Positions 1-9,808 of a stretch of 64,000 nt of DNA are shown in pieces. This DNA is from Barthelona sp. PCE (lineage: Eukaryota), in contig JAUFOR010000004.1 in the NCBI GenBank assembly GCA_040285745.1, positions 310,001-374,000 on the forward strand, written 5' to 3'. A program made the position numbers and the translations under genes. How positions within the stretch are numbered: the first letter of the stretch is position 1; the number at the start of each line of letters is the position of its first letter. The notes beneath the pieces were generated by a model that was given only the letters and a program-made list of their open reading frames with translations, did no database searches and had not been told where the DNA came from.

Positions 1-1223
1 AATCCCTCTGCCCTGGTCCGCGCAAAGGCATCGGCGCGTGCTTTTATGTCAGAAAGAGCTGAATTCATTTCTCTTGCCACATCCAAGAAATGTGCCTTCA
101 ATCGTTCATCTCTGTATCTGGCTGCCAGGAGGGCGTGTTTCCTGCGAAGCACCACCTGTTGCAGTAGAATATGCCATTCATGCATCAACATTTCTTCAAG
201 TGACTGCTGCCTCAGCTCAACAGATCTCTCTCTCATTTCCCGACTATATCTGCTAAAACTATTGAGGAAAGCGCACGTATTTGCCAGGAGTGTGTCGTGG
301 TAATGCCGCAGAGCCCGGGCTTCGTCATACTCTGAATCTCTCTTTGAACAAAGTTTATCCATCCAAAGAAACAGGAATTTCTTCTTCGTCTTACGTGCTT
401 TCTGGTCTAGTGCACGCGCCTTCCACTCATTTATGGTGTTTTTCACAAGGGTCGATAGTGATTTTCGCGCGAAAATTATGAATGAATTGCTTAACTTCTT
501 GCGTTTCAGCGCCAGCACACTCCACTTCTCTAATGTACGCTTCTTTGCGTGCTTATTACTAAACAACACTGCTAGTTGATCCAAACGATATATACAAAGA
601 CTGAGAGCGAAGAAACGATTAAAACAATTCCGCTCATAAAACGCTGTTGCCTGACAATACAACCTCCCGATACGCATGAACGGTAGTATAGTACCCCTGA
701 GGAGCATTCGACGTCTGAAATATGTGTACTTATCCTCAAGACAAGATAGGCGGACACGAAGTCTATTCACACCTCTGTGTCTATGTATCATGGTCTGGAC
801 TGCATTTACCTTGCATTTACGCTGGTGCTCAACGAATGCTGCATGTATACGCTGCAGTTTTTCAATACGCAGAGTGATTTTTGTCAGGGCTCTTGATTTC
901 CACGTTATCATTGTCGATCTGAGAATAAATTGTTTCCTGGTGTCCATTCGCAGAGTTTTTGTGTTGCTCCTCCACCATTTAAAGATCTTATATTGAGTTT
1001 TGTACTGATAATGTGCGCCAGCAATAATACTCTTTTGCCAAAGATCTTTTGCGGTTACCCGTGCACGCTTCCACCGTTGGATCATGCGGTACTGAAGGAA
1101 AAGATGTGTTTTAAATTCATCATCGTGGATTGCAAGATTACGACGATTTTGCAATGCTCTTTGTGTATTGCGGCGCCAAACAACCGCTGCTGCCCTCGCC
1201 AACCGTAGTTTACGATTATCCAT
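1..1223 (-). CDS. Sfi1-like centrin-binding repeat protein (3' end runs off the window; missed by the ORF track)
   Basis: My translation from ATG 1223 (MDNRKLRLARAAAVVWRR...) stays open to the window edge. It is basic and helical with periodic Trp units such as AGAHYQYKTQYKIFKWWR, AVLFSNKHAKKRTLEKWS and VKNTINEWK, resembling the Sfi1 repeat A-x7-LL-x3-F/L-x2-W. Confidence 0.6.
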   Translation of the reverse strand, partial: MDNRKLRLARAAAVVWRRNTQRALQNRRNLAIHDDEFKTHLFLQYRMIQRWKRARVTAKDLWQKSIIAGAHYQYKTQYKIFKWWRSNTKTLRMDTRKQFILRSTMITWKSRALTKITLRIEKLQRIHAAFVEHQRKCKVNAVQTMIHRHRGVNRLRVRLSCLEDKYTYFRRRMLLRGTILPFMRIGRLYCQATAFYERNCFNRFFALSLCIYRLDQLAVLFSNKHAKKRTLEKWSVLALKRKKLSNSFIIFARKSLSTLVKNTINEWKARALDQKARKTKKKFLFLWMDKLCSKRDSEYDEARALRHYHDTLLANTCAFLNSFSRYSREMRERSVELRQQSLEEMLMHEWHILLQQVVLRRKHALLAARYRDERLKAHFLDVAREMNSALSDIKARADAFARTRAEG

Positions 1224-1334
1224 GTGAAGTCATGTCCAGAAATGGGTGTTTTAATGATTTACAAGATCGAAAAACTTGTTATCCAATACCTCCCCATTTT
1301 CCCTAATTTTTTTAGCTGATAATCATTGAAGAGA

Positions 1335-2315
1335 ATGTCTCGTGATATTAGCAGGTTTACAAGAGTATGAAATACACATTTGACGATTTTGAAATTTTGT
1401 TGCGCTTCAATGCATAATATAGTTCTTTAAGCGTCTGTATCGAAACAAAGTGCTAACATTAAGCTCACAAAGCTCGGTGAAGGAGCCTATGGTGTCGTTT
1501 TTAAAGCGCGCGATAATGAAACTGGTAAAATTGTTGCCCTAAAGAAGATTCGTCTAGATATGCCCGAAGAAGGAACACCTTCGACCACCATTCGTGAAAT
1601 TTCTCTGTTACGTGAACTTAGCACCCACCCCAACGTCGTTCCTTTACTTGACGTTGTTCACACTGATGATCGTTTGTATCTCGTGTTCGAATATGTTGAA
1701 CAGGATCTGCGCAAGCATATCGATTCTTTCGGAAAAACAAAGTTAGAGCTGAACCTCATAAAGAGCTACGTTAGACAAATGCTAGAAGGACTTAAGTACT
1801 GCCACAGCCGTAGAGTCATCCACCGTGACCTCAAGCCCCAAAACATTCTCGTCAATCGTGAAGGACAGTTGTGTCTCGCTGATTTTGGTCTTGCTAGAGC
1901 TTTTTCACTTCCAATTAGACAGTACACGCATGAAGTTGTTACTTTATGGTACAGAGCCCCTGAAATTTTGCTGGGTACTGCTCATTACAGTTTAGCCGTT
2001 GATTTATGGTCAGTTGGTGCAATTTTTGCTGAATTAGTTAACAAATCTCCATTATTCCCTGGTGATTCAGAGATTGATGAACTCTTTAAAATATTTAAGG
2101 TTTGTGGAACCCCCACTGAAGATACTTGGCCAAAGGTTACTGAATTACCTGATTTTAACTCTATGTTCCCTGTTTTCCAACCCACTGATCTCTCTCGTAT
2201 CTGTCCTGACTTAGATGATTTAGGTCTTGATTTGCTTGGTAAGCTTCTTGAACTGGATCCTGTTAAAAGAATTAGTGCTAAAGATGCCTTAGAGCACCCT
2301 TGGTTTTCTCAATAA
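1335..2315 (+). CDS. CDK1: Cyclin-dependent kinase, CDK1/2 (cdc2) family; exons 1335-1364 and 1464-2315
   Basis: Splicing restores [25 protein letters not shown]...VALKKIRL...PSTTIRE...HRDLKPQN...DFG...[14 protein letters not shown]...GDSEID. Confidence 0.93.
1365..1463 (+). other. Spliceosomal intron, 99 nt, phase 0 (CDK)
   Basis: GTATGA...GCTAACATTAAG; removing it joins the start ATG in frame to the kinase G-loop. Confidence 0.9.
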
Positions 2316-2720
2316 TTAGAGTGTTTCTGTTGGTGAGGTTAGTAATTCTAAGCTACCGACTGTTTGTAAACATTGAATTTTTTTTTTTTTAAGTTTGAAC
2401 ACATTCAGCCTGTTGAAGTCATAAATTGAACCATGAATTAACAATGACATAAGGCATTTATCCTTGGGTGCTCAATATCAAATTTTTGTGCTCAGTGTAA
2501 GCTTTTTCGTAAGAATAAATGTGTAAAACAAGTGCCATATACACAATATCCCCCGCCTGATAGACTGCTATTCAACTTAAATAAATATACGAAAAGAACC
2601 TTTCTTTCTTTACAGTATAACTTTACCCCACCGGCACACCATCTTGGAGAACGCAATCCACAACTTTGGCCATGTACACTCCATCATTACTGTGCATTAC
2701 TCATTTACTACTACTTCACA

Positions 2721-3770
2721 ATGGAAGGTTCGGTAGATACCGTTCTAAATGCATTTATCAAGCTCCAAGACCAAGGAAGCAGCCTTGATAACTACCAAAC
2801 AGACGATATTAAGGCATTACAACAAAAATTCGAAGAGCTGTCACGCATTAAACTTGATGGGGAAGATATACCGCCTCCCCATGATGAGGACTTTCCCGGG
2901 CTCACATCCGAAGAAGGTTCTTATGAAGAGAAACGTAAGTACAAGCTTTTAACAATGGAAGAATATTCTCAATTTCCTGTAGAAAAAGTTCCCATCGCTA
3001 GAATCACCGAAATCGTACTTGCTGAGTTCAGACTTCATCAGAAACTTACTCGTGAAGCAATTGCAAATATTACCAATTTCAAGCGCAGGCGTATTTCTAC
3101 CTGCATGACTGTTTTAGTTGCTCTTGGTCTCATTCGAGACATCGGGCACCCAAGGAAGCGTTCCCGTGAAAGTGTTTTTGATTCTCGTCAATTTTCTATG
3201 TTGAAATTTGCAACTGCTTTTCAATTACGTTATTTACTACTCAGACAGTGGGAACGCCTCTTGCGTATCTATCACAACCGTCTTGCACGTATTGCAGAGT
3301 TGTCAAGGACTGCAAAAAGAACAGGATTCAAAGGTTTCGAATATAATTGCAATCCCAGAACGGATCGGAATGGATATCTTTCTGTTAATTTTTCTGATGT
3401 CGTTGAGATTGTTCAAGATTCTGCCTCTTTGGAAATTATGTTTCCCAATACTTTTCAACCATTATATATTCCTGATGAACCTTTAACAAATCTTTATCAA
3501 TTGCTCAGTTATTTAACAACCAGTGTTCATGAAGATGAGCTTACACCAAATCCAATCATTCAGAATGTTTACATATTCCAACCTACATTATTTGTTACTC
3601 CTACTATCGATTTTTTGAAAAAGGACAAAGTTTTGCCTCCTGTGACAGAAACTATAATAACTCAAGATGATCTTGAACATGGAAAACGAGTCATGGACGA
3701 TGTGTCCTCGGTAGGTACTGTACCTTCAGAACCACCACGTAAGCAAGCCTACCAAATTGAAGAAGATTAA
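2721..3770 (+). CDS. E2F/DP-like winged-helix transcription factor (divergent)
   Basis: LTREAIANITNFKRRRISTCMTVLVALGLI aligns with the E2F/DP DNA-binding core (A-x2-L-x3-KRRIYDITNVLEGIGLI). First ATG is at 2721. Confidence 0.6.
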   Translation: MEGSVDTVLNAFIKLQDQGSSLDNYQTDDIKALQQKFEELSRIKLDGEDIPPPHDEDFPGLTSEEGSYEEKRKYKLLTMEEYSQFPVEKVPIARITEIVLAEFRLHQKLTREAIANITNFKRRRISTCMTVLVALGLIRDIGHPRKRSRESVFDSRQFSMLKFATAFQLRYLLLRQWERLLRIYHNRLARIAELSRTAKRTGFKGFEYNCNPRTDRNGYLSVNFSDVVEIVQDSASLEIMFPNTFQPLYIPDEPLTNLYQLLSYLTTSVHEDELTPNPIIQNVYIFQPTLFVTPTIDFLKKDKVLPPVTETIITQDDLEHGKRVMDDVSSVGTVPSEPPRKQAYQIEED

Positions 3771-3781
3771 TTTGATTAATT

Positions 3782-5113
3782 TTAATTATTTTTCTTTGCT
3801 CTTCTTAAAAATCTTTTAAACAAAGAGTATTCTAAACACATGCCCAATGGCAGTAAACAAAACATTAATTGTAATATGGGATGTAAATCAGTTAAGCTAT
3901 AATCTTGTGTTATCAAATAATACAGTAAAATTGGGAAATATGGAAATGAAGGCATTGTGCCAATAAAAAAAATACAGTACATCCAGTTCGTCGTCAGCAA
4001 TGTGAAAGTTATGATGGCAAGAAGCGTGTACCATAAAAACCATTGGATAGATGCTCTTAAAAGACTGAAAAGGACTAATCCTATCAGATAAAGAACCCAA
4101 CTAGCAGTTTCATTTGGTTTTAGGAGAGGGGCCAGCACAAACATGGGAACGTACATACAATTGAAATACTTGCTGTACTTTGTAGAATACAAATTAACAA
4201 AAAAAGAAAAAAGCGTTGGTGTAATTGCAAAAACCATCATTTTCCAACCAATATAGCTGTAATCATTAAATGGTACCACCTTAGACTCACTCTGGTGCAA
4301 GAATTCATCTAAATTAGAATAAGACTGAAGCAAAAGCTCAAAAAATGGCGCTATTCGATCAGTTGCACGTTGCACATCAACGCGAACATAGCTTGAACAC
4401 GTGCTGTTGTTTCTGAGTGATAGATATACTGTGTTGGGCGAGATCTCTATGAGAGGCACATGCTCGTTTTTGGCAATGTCAAACAGACTTTGAAAGAAAA
4501 AGTTTGTTGTTTTTGCAGGAATATGTAATCTAGTAGCATGTGTGGTCACCATCGCAAAGATATCCTGGTTCGGGGATGACCCAAGCCCATAGATACCTTT
4601 GTAAAAAAGATGAAAGTCATAATATCCACTGCTAATACAAAAATTATCATCGAAATCTAAAACAAATGTCGACAACACACTTCCAAACGGTAGCATTGTA
4701 GCATTGTGGTATGTTTCAAGGGCATCTTTGGCTGAAAATCCATCATTAATATTAACCCAAACAACATCTTTGGATATCGGGTAGTCCTCCAAATATCGAG
4801 CCATTGAGTTCATAAGGACATCCAATGATGCTGAGTACGTCACAAACATGACTGCAAAACTGCTCTTCAAGTACTTAGATCGAATGATTGTTTGATGACC
4901 CCAATTAAAGTCTTTTTTATCTATATAGGGTGAATCAAATGGCTCTGGTTGTGTGTATATGGAAGAATACTTCGGCCACCAATGCGACTTTGCGTTTTTC
5001 TCCTGAATTTGTTGAAGCTCACCCCAAAATTCGTATCTCGAAAGCAGAAAGATGCTTAAAAAGACCATGCACCAATGGAAGCCCAGCCGAATCTGCCTTT
5101 TTGACGGTCTCAT
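3782..5113 (-). CDS. GAA1: GPI transamidase component GAA1/GPAA1
   Basis: N-terminal TM, lumenal motifs SKDVVWV, ALETYH, GLGSSPNQDIF and NLDEFLHQS (cf. GPAA1 AKDIVFL, WLEAYH, GLNGQLPNLDL, HLLERLHQS), and a C-terminal multi-TM region. Confidence 0.8.
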   Translation of the reverse strand: MRPSKRQIRLGFHWCMVFLSIFLLSRYEFWGELQQIQEKNAKSHWWPKYSSIYTQPEPFDSPYIDKKDFNWGHQTIIRSKYLKSSFAVMFVTYSASLDVLMNSMARYLEDYPISKDVVWVNINDGFSAKDALETYHNATMLPFGSVLSTFVLDFDDNFCISSGYYDFHLFYKGIYGLGSSPNQDIFAMVTTHATRLHIPAKTTNFFFQSLFDIAKNEHVPLIEISPNTVYLSLRNNSTCSSYVRVDVQRATDRIAPFFELLLQSYSNLDEFLHQSESKVVPFNDYSYIGWKMMVFAITPTLFSFFVNLYSTKYSKYFNCMYVPMFVLAPLLKPNETASWVLYLIGLVLFSLLRASIQWFLWYTLLAIITFTLLTTNWMYCIFFIGTMPSFPYFPILLYYLITQDYSLTDLHPILQLMFCLLPLGMCLEYSLFKRFLRRAKKNN

Positions 5114-5549
5114 TGGATAGAACAGATTGGAAAGCCTTGAAAAAAAGTTATCATCTTTACCTTAATGATATACTTGACTAGAGCTTAAAATACTGTTAAT
5201 GTACGTGTTTTTGATGTCAAAATATAAAATAATGTAAAAAGTTAAACAATAGCATATAATATGGACAATATCCTATTGAACAAGTTATCCAATGTATTTT
5301 ATCGCATTATTCGGGTGTATAAAACAGTTTCACACAATTTTGTGTTCCATAAAAAATGTATAGAATAAAAGTCATACTGCAGGTTGATACAATTCAATTT
5401 TCGGTAAAAATACATGAAGTCATCAGTATATATGAGTAATATAAAACACTTGGGTTCGACAACAAAACCTTGAATGGAAAAAAACGTTGTTTTCCCATTT
5501 CATACCCATTTCACACTTTTTGTCGTTGTTAAACGTAACAAAGCACAAT

Positions 5550-8273
5550 ATGCAGCAGCGGCCAGTAATTGAGGGGATCACTCTTCTTTTGGATGAACTT
5601 TCTGAAGCATTGAAAACTACAGATGCTCAAGTGCTAAACGCAGAAGGCGTGAAGGAATCATTCGTCGATCTTCAGGCCAGATGCCTCAAGATTGTGGGTT
5701 ACTCACGATTCCTACTTGATGTAGATTTCATCGTTGGGTTGAGGGAATTTTTTGATAAAGTCTACAGTGTTTTATGGGAACAGGGAAGTTTGAAACCAAA
5801 GCCTGTGCACCTAAAGCAGCCTGTTGACATGCTTTCTTCAGTGTTGGGACTGAACTCTATCACAGAACCATCGCACTTCAACAACATAATTGCTCCACCA
5901 ATTCCTGTTGCTGGCTCCCAGCTTGCAGCCATCAATGTTCTGAAGCATGTGATTATCAACGGTCTTCTTACGGAGAAATCCAGATTTTATAAGTTCATTA
6001 AGCTTTCAAACGCTATCGGATTACGTCAATTCGTCAACGATCCGCTTCTAAGAGAATCAGGGATCAGGGCGTACGTCGATGAGGATAATCCGTTGTTGGT
6101 CCGCTTCTATAAAGAAGCTTATCTTAACGTCCGTATGTTCTTCTTTATCAGCACTATGTACTCGAATTTACACCTTCCCAACGGCGATATGTGCCTGTGG
6201 GTGCCAACTACAAGGCTTCCTGCGCCGTTCAATGGTACAATACATGATATGCTGACGATATATACCACTTTGAAGAAGAAGAAATTTTTCTACTCATCTC
6301 TAATGTATTTTAATATACTTAAGTGGGTCAACATGGTGGGAGAGGGTAACAAAGTTTTTATAAGGGTGCTCTCAATGCAGAACGCTGTGAAAAATGAACA
6401 AATTCAGTACCTTGCCGAGTTTACTGTTTATGATGATTTAACCATCGATATTTCCAAGGCACCATTTGAATTTGATTATGAACAGCTTCCTTTATCAAAT
6501 TTTTCAGATTTTTGTTATAGCATAATATCAAAACATGTCAGTTATGTTTTCCACAAGCTTCTTGAGTCTCTACACGACCAAAACCACATGCGCTACCAGT
6601 ATCATGATGAGACTTGTCGACTAGTTGCGCATTTTGGGGATGATCCAATTCATTCAATCTCATTTTTCTTTGATGGATCCTTCAAGTTCTTTTTTAAACC
6701 CTCTGAAATACACATCGACACAAGTGAGTACAGCAAGCTACTTGTGGGATTTGAATATTTAATATTAAATAATACTGAAGACTTTTTGGAACTTGCAGTA
6801 ATTCAAATGAGTCAGCAACTATTAAAACTGGAAAAGACCATTATTCAGAAGCTTGTTGCGAGAAATGTTGCTAAATACGGCATTTTTCTTCGTGAATCAC
6901 AGTTACTACTGAAAATTGGCGATGAGACTTTAATATTTGATATTATCATAGAGAAACAGCGGTTTTCTATTGTATATGAAGGGGAAGCGTTGTTTTCTGG
7001 TTGTGTAACAACTCTTTTGAATTGCAAAAACTGTGATTTCAACCACCTTGTTACGTTTGCCTACGGTATTTTATTTCATCGTATTCTAGCTACAGATATC
7101 ACAGTGAATCAGCAGTGGGCCAGTGAGCTTGTTGTCATTGATGACATTACACAGTTGCAGTTTTTATTCCTCGAAGATGTTGTTTCATTTTCATATCATA
7201 ATGAGCTAATTCGTTATTCTGTGACTGATTTCGTTAACAAGACGGAACAGATCATTGGGCAACACAAAAGAAATAGCTTTATTTCACACATTAGTGATGT
7301 GCTAGGAGATAAAGTTGTGAAGAAATCTTTTGGGAATGTCACTATTCGGTTTACTGGTATAGACATGACAATAACACAGGACGCCAACAGCGTCAACATA
7401 AGTTTTGATGGTATGATATCCCCAGAAATCTTTGATAAAAATATCAACTTAACAAGAGTGATATTATATCAAGTTAGGAGATTGTTCAAGCTTAAACAGG
7501 CCGAGTACATTGTGCCGATATTTAGTGCCGTTGAGATGGCGCTTGGTTTTGTTGGGAACCTGATCAAACTGCTTGTCAATTTAGACAATGCGCATTTTAT
7601 TTGGAATGATCTTGATAGGGTTGTTTTTGCTGTTTCTCCTGCTGTGGACATCGCATACATGGATTGTGGTGATGTGGCCCGGTTTGGACGGTATCTAAAG
7701 CAACCGAAAGTGTCAAAACAGTTATTAAAAAAGTATTCTTGCGTTAGCAGTATCTCTTTCCAGATTCTTGGGTTAAACCACATTTTAATCAGACCATTGA
7801 ACTTAGACGTTACGCTTTGGAAGAATATATGCTCTAAGGCAAGCACTACATGCGATATTCAAAAAATTGCAAGTGTTTTATTTATGTTTTATTGCCTACT
7901 GGTGCAAAACTCAATTTCTCTCTATCTGACTCTCCTCGGCGCATCGGTGTCAGCTATGACAGCCATGAAACCGGTTTTAGAAGGTATATCCAGAAACTCG
8001 TATGAAATATTACCAAAAAATTACCGCAATTTTACAGGCATATTCGTTTATGCTCAGACATGCGCTGTTGAGTGTGAAACAACTAGAGAGGAGCTGCATA
8101 CAATGATGGAAATGGAAGGTGTACGTATTGTACACGTTCATACAATAGAAGATGGAGTATATCAAGTACGTTTTAAAAAACACAATGTAGAACGTAATAT
8201 ACGTGTTGTAGAGAGCGGGTACATTGAAGACGACTTTGTTCTATTAACAGAATACTGCGAATCATGTGAATAA
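5550..8273 (+). CDS. Large hypothetical protein (~907 aa); N-terminus weakly resembles Mediator MED14
   Basis: Long clean ORF. PVDMLSS...NNIIAPPIPVAGSQLAAINVLKHVIINGLLTE resembles the MED14 N-terminal segment. The identity is tentative. Confidence 0.35.
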   Translation: MQQRPVIEGITLLLDELSEALKTTDAQVLNAEGVKESFVDLQARCLKIVGYSRFLLDVDFIVGLREFFDKVYSVLWEQGSLKPKPVHLKQPVDMLSSVLGLNSITEPSHFNNIIAPPIPVAGSQLAAINVLKHVIINGLLTEKSRFYKFIKLSNAIGLRQFVNDPLLRESGIRAYVDEDNPLLVRFYKEAYLNVRMFFFISTMYSNLHLPNGDMCLWVPTTRLPAPFNGTIHDMLTIYTTLKKKKFFYSSLMYFNILKWVNMVGEGNKVFIRVLSMQNAVKNEQIQYLAEFTVYDDLTIDISKAPFEFDYEQLPLSNFSDFCYSIISKHVSYVFHKLLESLHDQNHMRYQYHDETCRLVAHFGDDPIHSISFFFDGSFKFFFKPSEIHIDTSEYSKLLVGFEYLILNNTEDFLELAVIQMSQQLLKLEKTIIQKLVARNVAKYGIFLRESQLLLKIGDETLIFDIIIEKQRFSIVYEGEALFSGCVTTLLNCKNCDFNHLVTFAYGILFHRILATDITVNQQWASELVVIDDITQLQFLFLEDVVSFSYHNELIRYSVTDFVNKTEQIIGQHKRNSFISHISDVLGDKVVKKSFGNVTIRFTGIDMTITQDANSVNISFDGMISPEIFDKNINLTRVILYQVRRLFKLKQAEYIVPIFSAVEMALGFVGNLIKLLVNLDNAHFIWNDLDRVVFAVSPAVDIAYMDCGDVARFGRYLKQPKVSKQLLKKYSCVSSISFQILGLNHILIRPLNLDVTLWKNICSKASTTCDIQKIASVLFMFYCLLVQNSISLYLTLLGASVSAMTAMKPVLEGISRNSYEILPKNYRNFTGIFVYAQTCAVECETTREELHTMMEMEGVRIVHVHTIEDGVYQVRFKKHNVERNIRVVESGYIEDDFVLLTEYCESCE

Positions 8274-8310
8274 ATTTTTACCCATAGATGCTAATTAGAA
8301 ATACATCACA

Positions 8311-9024
8311 TTAACTTGATTTCCGGCTTGAAATCCTTGATTCGCGCTCATGAACACCGTTCTGAAGCATGTGAGCGGGTAAATAAGTGTTGGTCTTGTT
8401 ATCGAACAACTGTGGATTTTTCTTTGTGTTATGAGGACTTCCAAGTGATGTATATCCATCATCGTACAGGGAACAGTATGAGACATTGTGGTTCTTAATG
8501 TAATTCCAAATCATTTCATAGCTGAAATTAAGAATTGGACCAACACGCAATATTTTTGGCCAATTAGCCGTTGATTCACAGAATATGTCCATTGTTGAAG
8601 CACTGGGATCACCTACACGTACTCCTAACACCATACTTTCCAGAGCAAGATCATCAATAGACTGTTTGATAATATCTTTAAAACTTCCAGTATATGTTAT
8701 AATTTCGTAATCATAATCTCTTTCCGTGGCCTCAATAAACTCCTGGACCTCGGGGAACTGGTCGTGCGTGTCAAAAAAACACACAGGGAAATCCTTAAAA
8801 GTCATATCGTATAAAGGAAGCATTTTGCTGGCAATATGCAGTAAAACTGTGCAATCCTTTCCCCCGTTGAATGAAAGAGCTGATTTGAATCCCTCCTTAT
8901 TCCTAAGAAACAGACGATGGAAAGCTGAAACACATTCAACCATCTCTAAAGTATGCATATCAGGGTGGAACAGGTCCATCGCGGGCTGTATTTCACTTGG
9001 TGTAAGCTCTCTATGAAAAAACAT
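8311..9024 (-). CDS. FAD1: FAD synthetase (PAPS-reductase family, eukaryotic Fad1 type)
   Basis: SFNGGKDCTVLLH, GVRVGDP, RVGPIL, YCSLYDDGYTSLG, NPQL and ERESR motifs. Confidence 0.9.
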   Translation of the reverse strand: MFFHRELTPSEIQPAMDLFHPDMHTLEMVECVSAFHRLFLRNKEGFKSALSFNGGKDCTVLLHIASKMLPLYDMTFKDFPVCFFDTHDQFPEVQEFIEATERDYDYEIITYTGSFKDIIKQSIDDLALESMVLGVRVGDPSASTMDIFCESTANWPKILRVGPILNFSYEMIWNYIKNHNVSYCSLYDDGYTSLGSPHNTKKNPQLFDNKTNTYLPAHMLQNGVHERESRISSRKSS

Positions 9025-9377
9025 GAAAGGGGGGATAAAATGAAATTAGGCAGAAATATAGAATCTTTCTGATTTTGCAATGTTGTGTGGTGGATTCATC
9101 ACAGTGTCCCGTGGTAGTGGAATTAAGTACTGAATTAATGTCTTTCAAGCTCGTCAAGATTATTATCCTCCAGTTAAATCGAAAAATCGCATTTTACAAT
9201 TCACAGCTATGATTTTTGAGTATAATTAAAGCTTCTTAATAAGCGAATAGCTCAAATGAAAGAAATGTGCAATACTAGTTACGCAGGTTTACACTCTTTA
9301 GTTATCTAACTTAGTTATCCCTGAAACAGAAATAAACACTATTCCAACATCACTTATTTTTATTTTATGAATATTCA

Positions 9378-9710
9378 CTATGAAAAGGCAAAACGAGTAA
9401 TAATACCTTCTCCACCGACTTTTACGATCTCATCATGCCATTTGTAAAGCACAGATGCGCTCACTGGGCACTTGTTTGTTGCAATTAATTCAAAACCAAA
9501 GTATATGAATCCTACCAATATGTGTAACTTGCCCATTTCAATATCTTCAACAATCGGACTGATGCGAGAACGCCCCTGCTTGAGAATGCTGAGGATAGAG
9601 ATGGTTAGATCTGTGCATTCCTCAAGACTGTGTGGTACAACTTCAGGTAGTAAAGAAATGAGGGCTTCTGAATATTTCTCCTGTGCTATCAGACTATTTA
9701 CGGCTGCCAT
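9378..9710 (-). CDS. ARPC5: Arp2/3 complex subunit 5 (p16-Arc)
   Basis: ILVGFIYFGFE...SASVLYKWHDEIVKVGGEGIITR matches the ARPC5 C-terminal signature. Confidence 0.8.
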   Translation of the reverse strand: MAAVNSLIAQEKYSEALISLLPEVVPHSLEECTDLTISILSILKQGRSRISPIVEDIEMGKLHILVGFIYFGFELIATNKCPVSASVLYKWHDEIVKVGGEGIITRFAFS

Positions 9711-9808
9711 GGCTCAAAAAAACTGTATTAGTATGTGAAAGGGGTTGTTTTTTTATTATCACCCCTTATAATGCAAATAATACATTTATTTTAGGGCTAC
9801 ATTAGCAC

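Noticed and set aside
2481-2490. AATTTTTG Sm-site-like motif
   Set aside because: No U1, U2, U4 or U5 hallmark is nearby, and the motif is common in AT-rich DNA.
9731-9794. GTATGT...TTAG as a leader intron of the giant gene
   Set aside because: There is no branch A at -8, and the apparent hairpin is just the two opposed CCCCTT promoter elements of a bidirectional promoter.
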